Shown here: positions 28,300-43,100 of the stretch, piece after piece
How the letters are laid out: each line of letters opens with the position of its first letter
Numbering within the stretch: position 1 is the first letter of the stretch
NCBI RefSeq assembly: GCF_009914755.1
Contig: NC_060940.1
DNA: 64,000 nucleotides
Reading direction: 5' to 3' (one strand)
Origin: the human T2T-CHM13v2.0 reference genome, Homo sapiens
Made by a program: the position numbers and the translations under genes
Notes under the pieces: generated by a model
The model's input: only the letters and a program-made list of their open reading frames with translations
Told to the model about the DNA's origin: nothing
Database searches by the model: none

Positions 28300-29800
28300 T
28301 AAGGTGGTTTAGAATCTTGCTTCTACCTAGAATGCAGAAAGCTGGAAAGAATGTTTCTTTTACCCTAACCATAAGAAAAAGTGAAATAAATAACAAAATC
28401 ACAACCTTTCTTGTGCCTGTCAGAGAGCAGAGGTAGCACATCAAATAGCCTGAAATCTAAAGACAGACCAACCCATTTCCCCCGAGGGGGATGGGATATG
28501 CACATACGGTTTAGACTGTGGCTTTCGCCTGTGGCAGGCAGAACTTTCCTGCAAGCAGAAGAAAAAGTGAAAGAGGATAGAACAAAAAAAAAATTTGGAG
28601 AGATAATAGCTGAGATTTTCCAAAATTAATGAAAGATTCAGGAAGCTCAGAGAACCTCAAGCAAAATTAAAACCCAAACCAAGCAAAAGCAAAACAAAAT
28701 CTTTAAAACAAAAAGCAAAACATAAACAAAACTTACACCTAGACACATCATTTCCAAACTGCAAAAACCAAATAAATCAGCAAGTAGCCCAAGAAAAAGA
28801 GACAATTACATACAGAGGAACAAAGATAAGAATCACAGCAGACTTCTCATTAGAAAAATGTAAGTCAAAGGACAATTGAGTGACATATTTAAAGTACTGA
28901 GGAAAAAAATATATATATAATTGTTGGCCCAGAATTCTATATGGTGAAAAAAAATATCTTCCAAAAATGAAGGAAAAATAAACACTTTTTTCCAGATAAA
29001 CAAAAACAGGGAATTTACAGTAGACTTGTGCTACAAGAAATATTAAAGGTAGTTTTAAGCCAGGAGAAATAGGATATCAGACAGAAATGTGGATCTACAC
29101 GAAATAGTTCAGAGAGAGTGATTCACCTAGAGTACTTGGAGAAATAAACACAAATTCCCTCCCAAAGGATGTGCCCTCAACTGGCAATATGGCAGTGCTG
29201 CTACCCACAGTATGGCAAAGTGGGTCACTTGAAAACCCTCCCACCAGAAAATACCTAGAAAGACTGGATAAAAGATAATGTAAATAAATGCATAAATGAG
29301 CATGCACAAAAATAAGAAAAACTCATACCATTCCAAAACAAAGAGGAACCTAAGAACCACAGCAGTAAGCCACTGAGCTAATGATAGGTCTGCCCTGGGT
29401 TCCCAGTAGCCCAGAAGCCTGGGTTTTTAATAGCCCTGCTGGAGCCGGAGACAAGGCCTCACAATGGTCAAGTTAGGGGACTGGTACCAGATCCCCGTAT
29501 AAACCTGAGAAATGTGAAGGACTCCCCAAACACACTCCCATCAGCAAAAGAAAAAGTGTGTATCTGAGTTTTTAATTAAAGGAACAAAGTTTCTCTAGGA
29601 CATTCATAACTTGAACTTGTGTCTTATGAAGGTGTGGGATTTGCATATGAGCTATCAGTCCAGGAACTCCTAAGGTAGGAAATTACCAAAAGAGTACTCC
29701 ATGGTAGCCTAACTTTTGGGAATCAAGTAGAAGCAAATTCTAATCCCTTTTGGACAAATGAGTCATTAAGTCAGCAAAGGATGCCACAGATAATGCCCTT
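28300..29800 (+). mobile_element. L1M 5'/ORF1 fragments
   Basis: ORF1-like (ggaacaaagataagaatcacagcagacttctcattagaa); approximate. Confidence 0.65.
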
Positions 29801-29807
29801 CTGAAAG

Positions 29808-29900
29808 AGAACTTAAATCCAGTATATACACACTACTTTTTAAAAACAGAACTTAAATCCAGTATATACATACCACTTTTTATAGAAAAGAACTTGAACC
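29808..29900. repeat. Short tandem repeat, ~40-bp unit, ~2.3 copies
   Basis: agaacttaaatccagtatataca at 29808 and 29848, degenerate third start at 29889. Confidence 0.85.
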
Positions 29901-30043
29901 CCTGCTTCCTGTCTTCCCAAGCTGGTTGTTCTTTTTAAGACCCCACTGGTCAGCCACTTGCTCTCATGCCCCAAAACAAATCCTTCTTTCCCATCTTATA
30001 AGAGAGGTCCTTGAGAGATGGGGTTGTTTCATCATTCTTATAC

Positions 30044-30564
30044 CAGCAGTCCCCAACCTTTTTGGCACCAGAGACTAGTTTCATGGAAGGCAATTTTTCC
30101 ACAGATTGGGGGTGGGGTGGATATTTTCAGGATGATTCAAGCACATTACATTTATTGCACACATTATTTCTATCTTATTACATTGTAATATATAATGAAA
30201 TGATTACACAACTCACCATAATGTAGATCAGTGGAAGCCCTGAGCTTGTTTTCCTGCAACTAGACGTTCCCATCTGGGGGTGATGGGAGACAGTGACAGA
30301 TCACTGGGCATTAGGAGCATGCAACCTAGATCTCTTACACGCACAGTTCACAATAGGGTGTGTGCTCCTATGAGAATCTAATGCCGCGGCTGATCTGACA
30401 GGAGGCGGAGCTCAGGCGGTAATGCTAGTGATGGGGAGCAGCTGTAAATACAGATAAAGCTTTGCTCTCTTGTCCACCACTCACCTCCTGCTGTGCAGCC
30501 TGATTCCTAAAAGGCCACGGACTGGACCGGTACCAGTTCATGGCCCGGGGGTTGGGGACACCTG
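30044..30564. mobile_element. MER1A non-autonomous hAT-Charlie DNA transposon, near full length
   Basis: TIRs cagcagtccccaacc / ggttggggacacctg; 8-bp TSD tcttatac / ctttatac; ~520 bp. Confidence 0.88.
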
Positions 30565-30719
30565 CTTTATACTGTCCCATGGTGTCTACACTGTGGTTAG
30601 TCCACAAATACTCAGATTAAAATCCAGCTCTATCACTTACTAGCTCTGTGCTCTTCAGGAAATGATGTGACCTCTCTATCCCTCGGTTTTCTCATCCTCC
30701 AAAGCCAGCAACAGCAGAT

Positions 30720-30967
30720 TGAGTCCCTCTCACAGCTCACCACGCTGAACTCTTCTGCTTCCTTCTTCTATTTTTAAAAGCCCTTGTTGGTTACACTGGG
30801 CTCATCCAGTGAATCCAGGATTATCTCCCAATTTTAACATTAGCTGATCAGCAAATTTAATTATATCTGCAATATTAATTCCCCTTTGCCATACAACATG
30901 ATACAGTCACAGGTTCTGGGGATTAGGATATGGACATGTCTGGAGAGCCATCATTCTGTCTACCACA
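30720..30967 (-). mobile_element. MLT1 (MaLR) LTR fragment
   Basis: ggggattaggatatggacat...attctgtctaccaca terminus. Confidence 0.75.
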
Positions 30968-31114
30968 CTGGCCATAGCTCATTTGAAGGAAAAAGAAAAG
31001 AGCAAACACCGATTATACAGCACTTGATATATACCAGCAGTTTCTGTTGATTATCCCAACAACCTTATGAAGTGGCTGGTATACTTTTCCCCATTTTTCA
31101 GAGAAGAAAACTGA

Positions 31115-31333
31115 GGGCCATGAGCCAAGGAATGTGGGTGGCCCCTAGAAACTGGAAAAGGCAAAGAAATGTACTCTCCCCTCAAGCCTCCAGAAGGGAA
31201 TGCAGCCCTGCTCTCACTTTGATTTTAGCCCAGTGCAACTTCTGACCCACTGAAAAGTAAGATAATAAATTTGTGTTGTTTTAAGCTACTGAGTTTGTGA
31301 CAATTTGTTACAATGGCAACAGAAAACTAATCA
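31115..31333 (+). mobile_element. MLT1D-like LTR 3' half
   Basis: ataataaatttgtgttgttttaagctactgagtttgtgacaatttgttacaatggcaacagaaaactaat. Confidence 0.85.
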
Positions 31334-31659
31334 AGCCAGTTATAAAAATTCTCAGTCAAGACAAATTTATTTCTATATTCTCATGGGCCATTCTCTGTAC
31401 TAAAAGAAGGACTTTTATCCAGCATTTTGAAGAACCAAAAAGAGGATTTAGTATAATATGGATATAAGATATTAAACCTTGAATTTTTGTTTCCTCTGAG
31501 GATGAAGAGGAAGTCTACCCTACATCAGTGAGGTCTCCCAGCTTTGCAACTGAAGACTGTAACAAGCAATTCCACCCCCCAATGTTATGGTAGCAAATTA
31601 CTTGAGCTGACTAGATTTAGCTATAATCAATCAAAGACAAGAGCTAAAGGCATGCATAC

Positions 31660-31859
31660 CTACAAGTTTTGATGTGAAATACAGCATTTTTGTTGCCAAT
31701 GTTTCGTACCAGCAGAATCTTCTGGGTGCTGTATTTGACAGGACAAGTGGAAAAATTCAGCTTGTCAGGAAAATCGAGAATGGCTCGTGCCCCTCTAGCT
31801 TTGATGGGTACAATAAACTTTTCTCTTTCAGTAACACAGGTCAACGTATGGGCGTAATC
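31660..31859 (-). CDS. HYDIN: HYDIN exon 6: DYAHTLTCVTEREKFIVPIKARGARAILDFPDKLNFSTCPVKYSTQKILLVRNIGNKNAVFHIKTC(R)
   Basis: Acceptor ttcccttgtag|GAT, donor TAG|gtatgc; 200 nt, ends phase 2. Confidence 0.96.
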
Positions 31860-32163
31860 CTACAAGGGAAGGGTATGATCATTATTTGTGGAAAAAGCAA
31901 CATGATCACGATAACTGTTCAAGAAAAGGGTCGATGAGAGGCATTTTGCAAAACAACTTTTAGTATAGTTCTATGAAAACATCTTAAAACAATTACAGAA
32001 GTACTTTCAAATGAGATTGTCTTTTCTGAGAGAGAGAGAGAGAGAGAGAACAGATCTAGTGTTAAAACCTACAGCTGGTAGAGAAGCTATGCTTCATGTG
32101 TCTGTCAGGCAATAGGGAGGTAGGATGAAGGTCAGTGGAAGGCCAGGCCCATTTCTCCTGTAG

Positions 32164-32552
<389 letters not shown>

Positions 32553-32579
32553 GATGTTTCTAACTAATGGCCTCTTTCT

Positions 32580-33018
32580 GCCTATACTCTTTGCAATGTG
32601 ACTTTGCAGCTCCTCCATCAAGTAATGAGTCTCCACTCCACTTGCTTTCAGCAATACAAGGTGGCCGAAGTTATGCTATGCCAGTTTCAAGCTGAGACCT
32701 CAAGAAGCTTTGGGTCTACCCAGTCTTGTTCTTGGAACCCTGCCAATGGCATGTGAACAAGCCTGGTCCAGCCTACTGCAGGATGTGCACCTGGATGCTC
32801 CAACCAAGACCATGCTAGACCAGCCTAGAGCCAGCTGATCCCCAGATATGTGAGCCTAGCCACAATAAGCAGAGTTCCCTACCTGATGAGAGGGCCCAGG
32901 CAACACCAGAAAAACCACCCAGCTGAACCACAGTCTTGTGAGCAATAATAAGTGCTTATTATTTTAAGCCACTAAATGTGGGATTGTTTGTAATCATACA
33001 GAACTAGCTAACTGATGC
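32580..33018 (+). mobile_element. MLT1 (F/G/H-like) LTR
   Basis: ttttaagccactaaatgtgggattgtttg...tagctaactgat terminus. Confidence 0.7.
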
Positions 33019-33519
33019 GTAAGTCAGTTGAAACCTCACTTCTTGCACAAAGCCATTTCTGACCATTCCAAATAAAAATGCTGAGGCCCTAGGCATCTCT
33101 CTTCTCCAGTCATGAGTTTAAATGCAACAGAAATGCTGAATAAAGTCACTCTTTATGCCATCTCATAAGATAGAAATAGCATATTTGCCTGCAATGTAGC
33201 AAAGAAAAAGTTAAAAGAAGTCACCATAAAAGGTATCTGATATCTAAAAAAAGCTTTGTTTTCCTTCATTTTCTCATCCTTTTATTGTGTGTTTTAGCTG
33301 CAAGGAGTCTTGATTAATGAAAAGTCATTTTGAACAGAAATTTCCTTTTGGTAACCATGTGATAAACGGTAGTAAGTGGTGGAGGTTTTAAAAAAAGCTC
33401 TTTTTGGGCTTTGGACATAGAATAAGAATGGGACCATCTGGCATACAAATTGGCATACAGGGCTGGCCACATACTCAACCTCATGAAGCCACAGGACAAG
33501 CATAAAGCAGTGGCATCCC

Positions 33520-35670
33520 CAGTTTATTCATTCAACTATGTTCATTAAGTGCCCAGGTGCCAGCACAGCACTGTGCTAGGTCTAGGAATACAACCAATTA
33601 GGAAATGCAGACATGGTCACGGTCCTCCTCCAGCTCACATCAGGATGGAGGAGACAATGAACAGATGAATAAAGGATATGTAATGTACAGTGCAACTCAC
33701 ATATAAATAAATATAAAGCTAAAACTGCCAGGAATGCTCACAAATAGCCTTTACGCCTGTAGTTCTATCTGTCCCCTTGGGCTCCAAACTCATAACCAGC
33801 TGCCCAGTCAGCATCTCATTGGATATAAACTTATGTCCCAAACCAAAGCTCCTGATGAATGTCACTGCCTGCTACTGTGCATAAAGATTTCTGCTGAGGG
33901 CCAGGAATGGAGGCAAAACAGCTTCAGCCCAAAGGGGGAACCTTTTTCTAGTACCCACAAAGGCTCCACAAAGACAGCTAAGGTCTGACCCTCTCTCCAA
34001 CTGCAGCATCTCTCCAGCGGTCTGGCTTTAGAACCCTGAAATGAGGCATCCTTTCATGCTCTGTTTCTCAATTTCTTGATACAATCCATAGGATCTACCT
34101 TCAAAATATATCCAAACTGTAATCACTCTTCACCACCTCCACCCCCGCCACCCTGGTCCTAGCCACTCCGATCTTTCCCAGGCTAACAGGACTTTCTATT
34201 TCAACCGTTGCTCTCCTAAAGTCTATTTTCCACCCAAGGGTCAGAGGGACCCAGTAAAAATGTAAGTCAGCTCAGGCTGCTTCTCCGCTGAAAAGTACCT
34301 AGGCTGAGGCTGGCGCACTTGCGAAGGTCCCGTGGTCTGGTGCCCCCATCGTTTCTCTGGCCACATCTCCTCCTCTCCCCTGGTTCCCCCTGCAGCCACA
34401 GGTTTCCCCTTCAGAGCCTTTGCACATGATGTTCTCTCCTTCCCTCTACTTATTCATGGTGCTCACCCCCTCACCTCTTCAGCACTTGGCACGGCGATCC
34501 ACTGTCTCCCCGAGGCCTCCCCTGACTGCCCTATTTTCAATGGAACTCTCCCTCTCCTGCCCCATCACTCCCTTACCTTCTGTCCAGCTTTAGTCTTGCC
34601 CAGAGCCATCTAGTATATCGTATATTCTACCTCCCCAGTGAGTGTAGTGCATGTCTCCCCCGTATTTCCATGTCAAGAGGGATTTGCCCATCTTCTTGCC
34701 TTCTGTATACCCAGTACCTAGAACAGAGCCTAGTATCTAGCAACTACTCAACAAATACTTCCCAAAGGAAGGAAAGTCGGTAACAGAACATTTGGTAGTG
34801 ATGAGTGACGGGAAATAAATCATGATATGGGGACAGAGAGACTGGAGAGCTCTTTTACATGGCGTGAGGGGGAGGGGGGCGGTCAGGAAAGGCCTCTATG
34901 AGGAGGTGACACTTCAGCAGAGACATGAGTGACAAATGAAGCCATGTGGATGGATGGCTGTCTGGGGGAAGTGTGATTTGGAACCTGTGGCCAGAGGGGA
35001 GCAAGGGAAGGAGTGTGGTTAGACACATGGCCAACAGGTTGTGGCGGCCAGATCCCAGAGATCTTGTAAGCCATTGTTAGGACGTGAGAGGGCTGAAGGC
35101 ATTCCCAAGGCTGAAAGCTGATCTTGATGTAACCTGAGTAACGTTTTAGAAAAAGCGCTGGCTGCTATGTGGGCCACGGACTGCAGCGGGAAGAGGGAGG
35201 CCAGTTAGGAAGCCACTGCTATAGTCCAGGCATGAGATGACACAGATGTGGACTTGTGTGGGCAAGTACTTAGCCCAGCATTTAGCAAGTAGTAAGTACT
35301 CAATAAATGTTAACTGTCCTTATCAGACTTTTGTATTAAGTACAATTTGTGTAAGGCATATAGGAAAAATTCAACATATGTTTACTCTCGTTGGTAGTGA
35401 GCCATCTAGCCATCTATATACTGATAAGGATAATAATAATAGAACAAGATAATTTCAGAAAGTGATGAGGGCTTTGAAGAAAATAAAGCACAGGAAAGTG
35501 ATAATATCGGATGGGGTTGATTTAGGTTAGAATAACTAAAGAGGTCTTCCTGAGGAGGTGACCTTCGGATGGGGACCTGAACAGCAAAAGGAGCCAGTTG
35601 GGTGAGATCTAGGAACAGAGTGCTCCTGCCAAGGGGAACTGCAAACATACAAGTCCTAAGGCAGGAGTGA
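33520..35670. mobile_element. Cluster of L2 and MIR fragments in both orientations
   Basis: L2 3' motifs (ctaccttcaaaatatatccaaac; cccagtacctagaacagagcct); approximate. Confidence 0.65.
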
Positions 35671-35724
35671 GTCATAAAAAGGAATAAATAGGATTCAAGA
35701 AATTGATTAAAACTGGGTTGCTAG

Positions 35725-35900
35725 TATATTTTTAAATAAAGAATGTAACTGGATTGTGTGTAACTCAAAGGATAAATGCTTGAGGGGATGAAACCCCATT
35801 CTCCATGAGGTGCTTATTTCACATTGCATGCTTACATCAAAACATCTCATGTACCCCATAAATATATATATCTACTGTGTACCCACAAAAATACTTTTTA
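35725..35900 (+). mobile_element. L1MA-type 3' tip
   Basis: ggataaatgcttgaggggatg...catgtaccccataaatatatatatctactgtgtacccac. Confidence 0.85.
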
Positions 35901-35922
35901 TTTAAAATATATCTTTTAAAAT

Positions 35923-36241
35923 GGCTGGGCGTGGTGGCTCAAGTCTATAATCCCAGCATTTTGAGAGGCTGAGGCAGGTGGATCACTTCAGGCCAGGAGT
36001 TCAAGACCAGCCTGGCCAACATGGCAAAACCCAGCCTCTATAAAAATTAGCTGGGCATGGTGGCTCACACCTGTAGTCTCAGCTACTCAGTAAGCTGAGG
36101 CAGAGAACTGCTTGAACCCGGGAGATGGAGGCTGCAGTGAGCCGAGATCGCACCACTGCACCCCAGCCTGGGCGACAGAGTGAGACTCTGTCTCAAAAAA
36201 ATTAATAAATAAATAAAATAAAAACAAAAATAAAAATAAAA
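35923..36241 (+). mobile_element. Alu (AluSx/Sz-like)
   Basis: Full dimer with A-rich tail. Confidence 0.95.
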
Positions 36242-37128
36242 TTTTAAAAATTGAGTTGTTAGACTGTTAGCTCTGCAAATGATTCTGGTTTCCAGATGGT
36301 AATGCCAGACTCAAAACTTATGCTATCTAGACATGAGGAAGCACAAATTGCACTAAGCACACTTGATCTTAGAAAACCCCACATAATTCAACAATGCAAC
36401 AGCCTAGTCTGATTACTACAGAATCCTAAAGAGATAAGTACTATTTTCGCTTTTTCTTAGGCGATCAAATCCAGCCAGCATATGTTTTTTTGGGAATTAT
36501 AAACTGAAAAGCCCCTGGCACATGTGGAGACTGAGCATTAACTGAGGCGTTGAGAGCTAGAACAAAAGATGCTGCTGAATCCAGGATAAGAGGAGATCCT
36601 GAAGTGTTTGTCTCATTTTATTCTGTACTCACATATCCGCTGCCTTGTTCTAGAAGGAATTAAAGGCAGCTGTAAATAGTTTAGGAGGCTAATTGAAATA
36701 CTGAGAGAGATGTTTTCAGACCTTTTCAAGTTCCCAAATAAGGAAGGTTTGAAGTTTGATTTGCATTATAAATTTTTTCATAATCAATTCACACACCCAT
36801 AAAAGAATATAAGGTTCTTTAAACAAGTCCCTTAAAATGTATTCCAATCTCTGAAGTTATGCACTTAATATGACTATATTAGATCATACATCATTATATA
36901 TTGCTCTGCTGGCTTACAATTAATTCAGATGTTATGACTAGGGAGGCTCCGATGGCCTGCAGGCTTAAGCAATCACTTCAGTTGATGAACTGAACACCCA
37001 GCCTCACAAACCTGCTTTTCCTCCTCTGTTCCCTATCTCTGTAAATGACACCACCATTTGACCAGTTGTTAGCCAAAATCCTACAGTTCAAACTAGGTGC
37101 ATTTCTTTCTCGTATCATCGATCCATCA

Positions 37129-37469
<341 letters not shown>

Positions 37470-37572
37470 GTATACATCCTTACTCCTCCTACTTCTCATC
37501 ACCTTCACTGTCACCACCCTCATCCAAACTTCCTTATCTTTTACCTGAACTACTATAGTAGCCTCTGCCCCC

Positions 37573-38020
37573 TGTATGCATCAGGGATCAGTCAGCTACG
37601 TTATAAAAGGAAAAAGAGCAAAATCAGAGCAGTTTACACTAGGCAGAAGTTTATTTATCTTATACAAAGAAGTCCAGAGGTAGGTAGGCCAGGTCGGTAG
37701 GGTGGCTCAACAGTGTCATCAGAGACTCAAATTCCTAAATTCCTGCTCTACCATTCTAGCATGCAGTTCCCATCCTCGATGTCACCCTGTGGGGCAGAGT
37801 AATTCCTGGGACCCAACTCTTTCACAGCCAAGCTGCAGGGCAGAAGGAGGAGGGCAGAAGGGACAGGTCACCTCCTGCTGTTGTCAGCTCTCTTCAACCA
37901 GGTGCCTTGGAGTCCTACTCACATCTCATTGGCCGACACTTACATGCAGCTGTAAAGGAGGCTGGGAAATGTAATTTCTTATTTCAGGCAGAAATGTCCA
38001 ATCAAAATTTGTGGTTCTCC
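37573..38020 (-). mobile_element. Old MaLR LTR (MLT1J/K-like), resumes after the L1 at ~39105-39175
   Basis: ctcacatctcattggcc...gctgtaaaggaggctgggaaatgtaat motif. Confidence 0.7.
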
Positions 38021-38021
38021 C

Positions 38022-39104
<1,083 letters not shown>

Positions 39105-39259
39105 AAATTGTGGTTCTCTTACCAATGAGGAAAGAGAAAATGAATGTCAAGGGGAGGCTACTAGCGGTGATGCCTCACGTGGCCCTGCTTCAGCCTATTC
39201 TCTACTTGGTAGCCAGAGTGGTCCTAAAATGTAAGTCAGATTGTGTCATCCCTAATCAC

Positions 39260-40140
39260 AACCCATCAGGCTGGATAAAAGGAGAGGATCAAGCATTTCT
39301 CCTATCTTTCCTGAATGGACTATACCTCAGGGGAGCTGAAAAGCTGGTGAGGGAAAGTTTTGGTTTTGTTGTTGTTATTGTTTTTAGAATAATTCCAACC
39401 AGTAAGTGCAAAATAAATTATGGAATTAGAAACTTAACCCTCAGTGATGTAGGGAATGATCTTTATTGGATCATTACAAAAACAAAATAAAACATAACAG
39501 ACATTTTGTGCCTCTTGATATAATGCACTAGGAAGTACCACATCACCTGTGAAGGATTCTTGATCAAAAAGAAAAAATTGAATCTAATCAAGGCTATAGA
39601 TCTAACTATCAGTTACAGGCAACAGGCAGCAAGGGGCCATTCTAAACAACGTGATAGGAATGCAATCAGCAAACCTTGTCTGGATCTTGATTTAAGAAAA
39701 CCAACTTTAAAAAAAAACAAACTTTTTCTTAATTGTGAACCATTGTTGCACTTGGTATGCAATGGTTTTTTTAAAAACCAACTTCTTAAAGTTGGTTTTC
39801 TTAAATCAAGATCCAAACTACTGACTGGATATGTAATGATATTAAGGAGTGACTGTGGTTTTTTAGGCACAATCATGGTACTGTGGTTATGCTAACTTTT
39901 AAAAAGGCCCTTATCTTTAAGAGAAAAATCACAAAATATTTACAGATGAAATTACATGCTGTATGGGACTTGCTTCAAAATCTACTGGGGGAAGGGGCAG
40001 GACAGATGAAGCCAGACTGGTCATGCGCTGAGATTTGAAAAGGTGGGTGATGACAGCAGAAAGTAGAAAGACACTCTGCTGTTCTTTCTACTTTTGCATA
40101 TGAGGAAAAGAAAGCCTTCCATAATAAAAATATTTGAAGT
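39260..40140 (+). mobile_element. L1MC/ME-type 3'UTR remnant
   Basis: aaatatttacagatgaaattacatgctgtatgggacttgcttcaaaat motif. Confidence 0.65.
39681..39815. repeat. Perfect 30-bp inverted repeat with 75-bp spacer
   Basis: tggatcttgatttaagaaaaccaactttaa (39681-39710) is the exact reverse complement of 39786-39815. Confidence 0.95.
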
Positions 40141-43100
40141 ACTTTATGGTGGCTTCCTATCCCACTTTGCATGGCTTCTAAGATCCTTCATGAGCTCACC
40201 TGCTGGAATCTCATTTCCTACCATGTTTCCAACAGCTTCCTCTGCTCCAGCCCCACTGGCCTTCTCGTACTTTCCCGAGCTGGCTGCCAAGCGTGTTTCT
40301 GCCACAAGGCCTTTGCACTTGCTGTTCCCGCTCCTAGACAGCCCTTCCCTCAGATATTTGCACGGCTTAAATTAGTTATCTTAAGTTAGCCCAAATGTCA
40401 CCTCAACAGGAGAGCCTTCCCTTGACTTTCCTATCAGAGAAGTCTTCCTTGACCTTACTTTTGAAAGAAAGCAGAGCCCTTATCATTCCCTACCCCCTAC
40501 TATGTCAATTTCTGACATTAAATTGTATATATTTGTTTGTTTGTTTATTCATTGTGAAATGTAAGCTCCATGAAGGCTAAAGCTTGTTCTATTCTCCATT
40601 GGATCTGGCTCAGAAAACTGGGCCTGGCACTGAGTAAATGAAATAATATTATTCATTTGTAATCTTTTCTGGGTACTACACTATCAGGAGTTTTTATAAA
40701 GAAATTTCCTAAAATCCTTGTTAGCCTTATTATCAAATTACATTTATGAGGTCCATAAAGCTAAAAAGCATGGATGTGACTATCTGGAAATATGAAACAA
40801 AATAAAGAGAAACTCTTTTTAGAGAAGACTTCCTAGACATCTTACTGTTAATTGAAGTGACAAAGAAGAAAGTTAATATCTAATATATTCATGACACAAA
40901 AAGATAATTGAGCCCTTTTTACATGCTCTTCTCATCTGTAGGCTAACCTCAAGTCAAAGAAACTTCTTTATATTTTCTTAGATTAACTTTTACTTACTTA
41001 TCTCACTCCACAAATATTTACTGCACCCTTTCTATGTATCAGGCCCTGTGCCAGGTACTGGGGCTACAGGGGTGATCCAGATAGAACTGGGGAGGGCGAA
41101 TTTCAGGCAGGAGGAAAACAAAATCCTGATCATTATTTTTGCCAACAAAAGTCATTGATTGTGGACAATTTTATGATACTGACATTTAAATTCAAATTGC
41201 TGGCAATATAGTTTTATTATTATTGTATACATAGATAACATAGAACATGTTAACATTTTCTACTCTTTTTGGGCTATGGTTTTTAAATTTCATAGTGACA
41301 AACTGGAAAAACCATTTTGACAACAAATTAGACATTTTCTTAAACCATAACTGAGCCACCCAGTTGCACCACTGCATGCTTTCTTCAAAGCTTGCTGCCT
41401 TTTCCGTATGACAACACATTGCAAACAGATGCTTTCTTAAGTCCAAGGAAGTACTTTGTTTTGCTTTCCCACAAAAGCCTAATATTTTTCTTTCTCATTT
41501 TAATGGTAAAGATACAAATTTAAGAGGTCAAGAAAAATGTCAGGCTCTAGAATTTTATAGTGTTATTTTATGATGACACTGGCTATCACATTTCTACAGT
41601 ATATGATAGGTACACTAGGATTATTAGATTAATAACATATCCAATCATTTTTTTTAAAAAGTCTGAGTGAGGAGAGAGAAGGAAAGCCAAAGTAAATTTG
41701 CTGCACCTGTTATCTGGGCATTTGGCATTCTTAACAAGTTCCATCCCTAGGCAGCCAGATTAATAGATGATGGGCGGGAGGGAAATGTAAATTGCATTAT
41801 CATCTTCGACATGCTAATATACATGGGTACTGAAAATCCAATTGAAAGAGGGCTGGCTTAACTGTGGCATGCTGCAATTTACATATCTTACCATCCAGAT
41901 GTGAGGAGAGTAAATGAGAATGGAGAGTGTTCAGATCAGCAGGGGATAAGAAAGAAAAAAGCATGTACTTTGGCTATCAATTTGGCCAAGTGAAGAAACA
42001 GTGACACTTGGTGAAATGAATGACTTTTATTTTTCCTAAAATAAATCTGGCTCTAGTCACTCATTGGCTGCATTCTGGAGCAGCCCGAAAGACAGCATGC
42101 CTAACCCTAGCAGGTCATTCTGCGCACTGCCCTGGGGAAATGATGTCTCTAAGGAAGACTTTCCAACAGTGAAAGCGAATGTAGATAACTGACTACGCCA
42201 TCATCAGTGCTAGCTAGCCAGCAAAATGAGAAAACAACTCTGTCTTTTGAAATAAATTATATAGTTTAGAGCCAAGTCCAACACAAGATCTTAATGTCTC
42301 CAAAATTGGACAGCTGAATTTCTCATAGGTAAACATTATCCTCACTATGTCTCCTCAAACATGCATTCAGCTTTTGATAACTTTCAAACATTTAGAAGTA
42401 ACAGTATAACAACATTTAACTCAGTTAATTTTTTAAATTAGGGGTTTCCCAATAAACATGCAATGCTGGATAAGTGGAACGGTAAGAAGGAATAAAAGAG
42501 CTGAGAGTAAGATAAGCAGCTACAAAACACAGTGAAGCAATAATCCTCACCAGAAATGTTAGCATTTCATATTTATAAACTACATAGCAACATATTTTAA
42601 ATACATTTCAACTATTTCTTTGCAGGATAAACAGTAATAAAATCTCTCTCTTCTTCTAGCTTTTGATTATGGAAAATTTAAAACATGCACAAAGAAGACA
42701 GACTAGCATGACAAACCCCCAATGTACCCATCACTCAAATTCAAAAACTCTTAACATTCTATCATTCTGGTTCCCTCTATACCTCTATCCACTCCCTCCC
42801 CCTTCTATTGTTATACAGGTTTTTTTAGCTAAAATTTATGTATATACTGAAAAGCACAAATATAAATGTTTTGACAAATGAATTCAGCCACATAATCCTC
42901 ATGCCAATATAGAACATTCCATCTCCAGAAAGTCTTGTGTATCCCTTTTTCAGTCAGATGAGGTACAGATACAACGATACTTATCCAACAGAAGACCTAT
43001 TTTCTCCAGCACAGAAAAAAACTAAGGAAAGCCACCTCCTCAAATCCAGCATGCTTTGTATTTCAAGCTGCACAAAGGATTATAATCAGCTTCCTACAAA

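Noticed and set aside
39681-39815. miRNA precursor
   Set aside because: AT-rich perfect stem with a long branched loop inside an L1; no expression evidence available from sequence
42133-42200. C/D-box snoRNA at the repeated 28-mer (aatgatgt)
   Set aside because: Box C is imperfect and no terminal stem is evident
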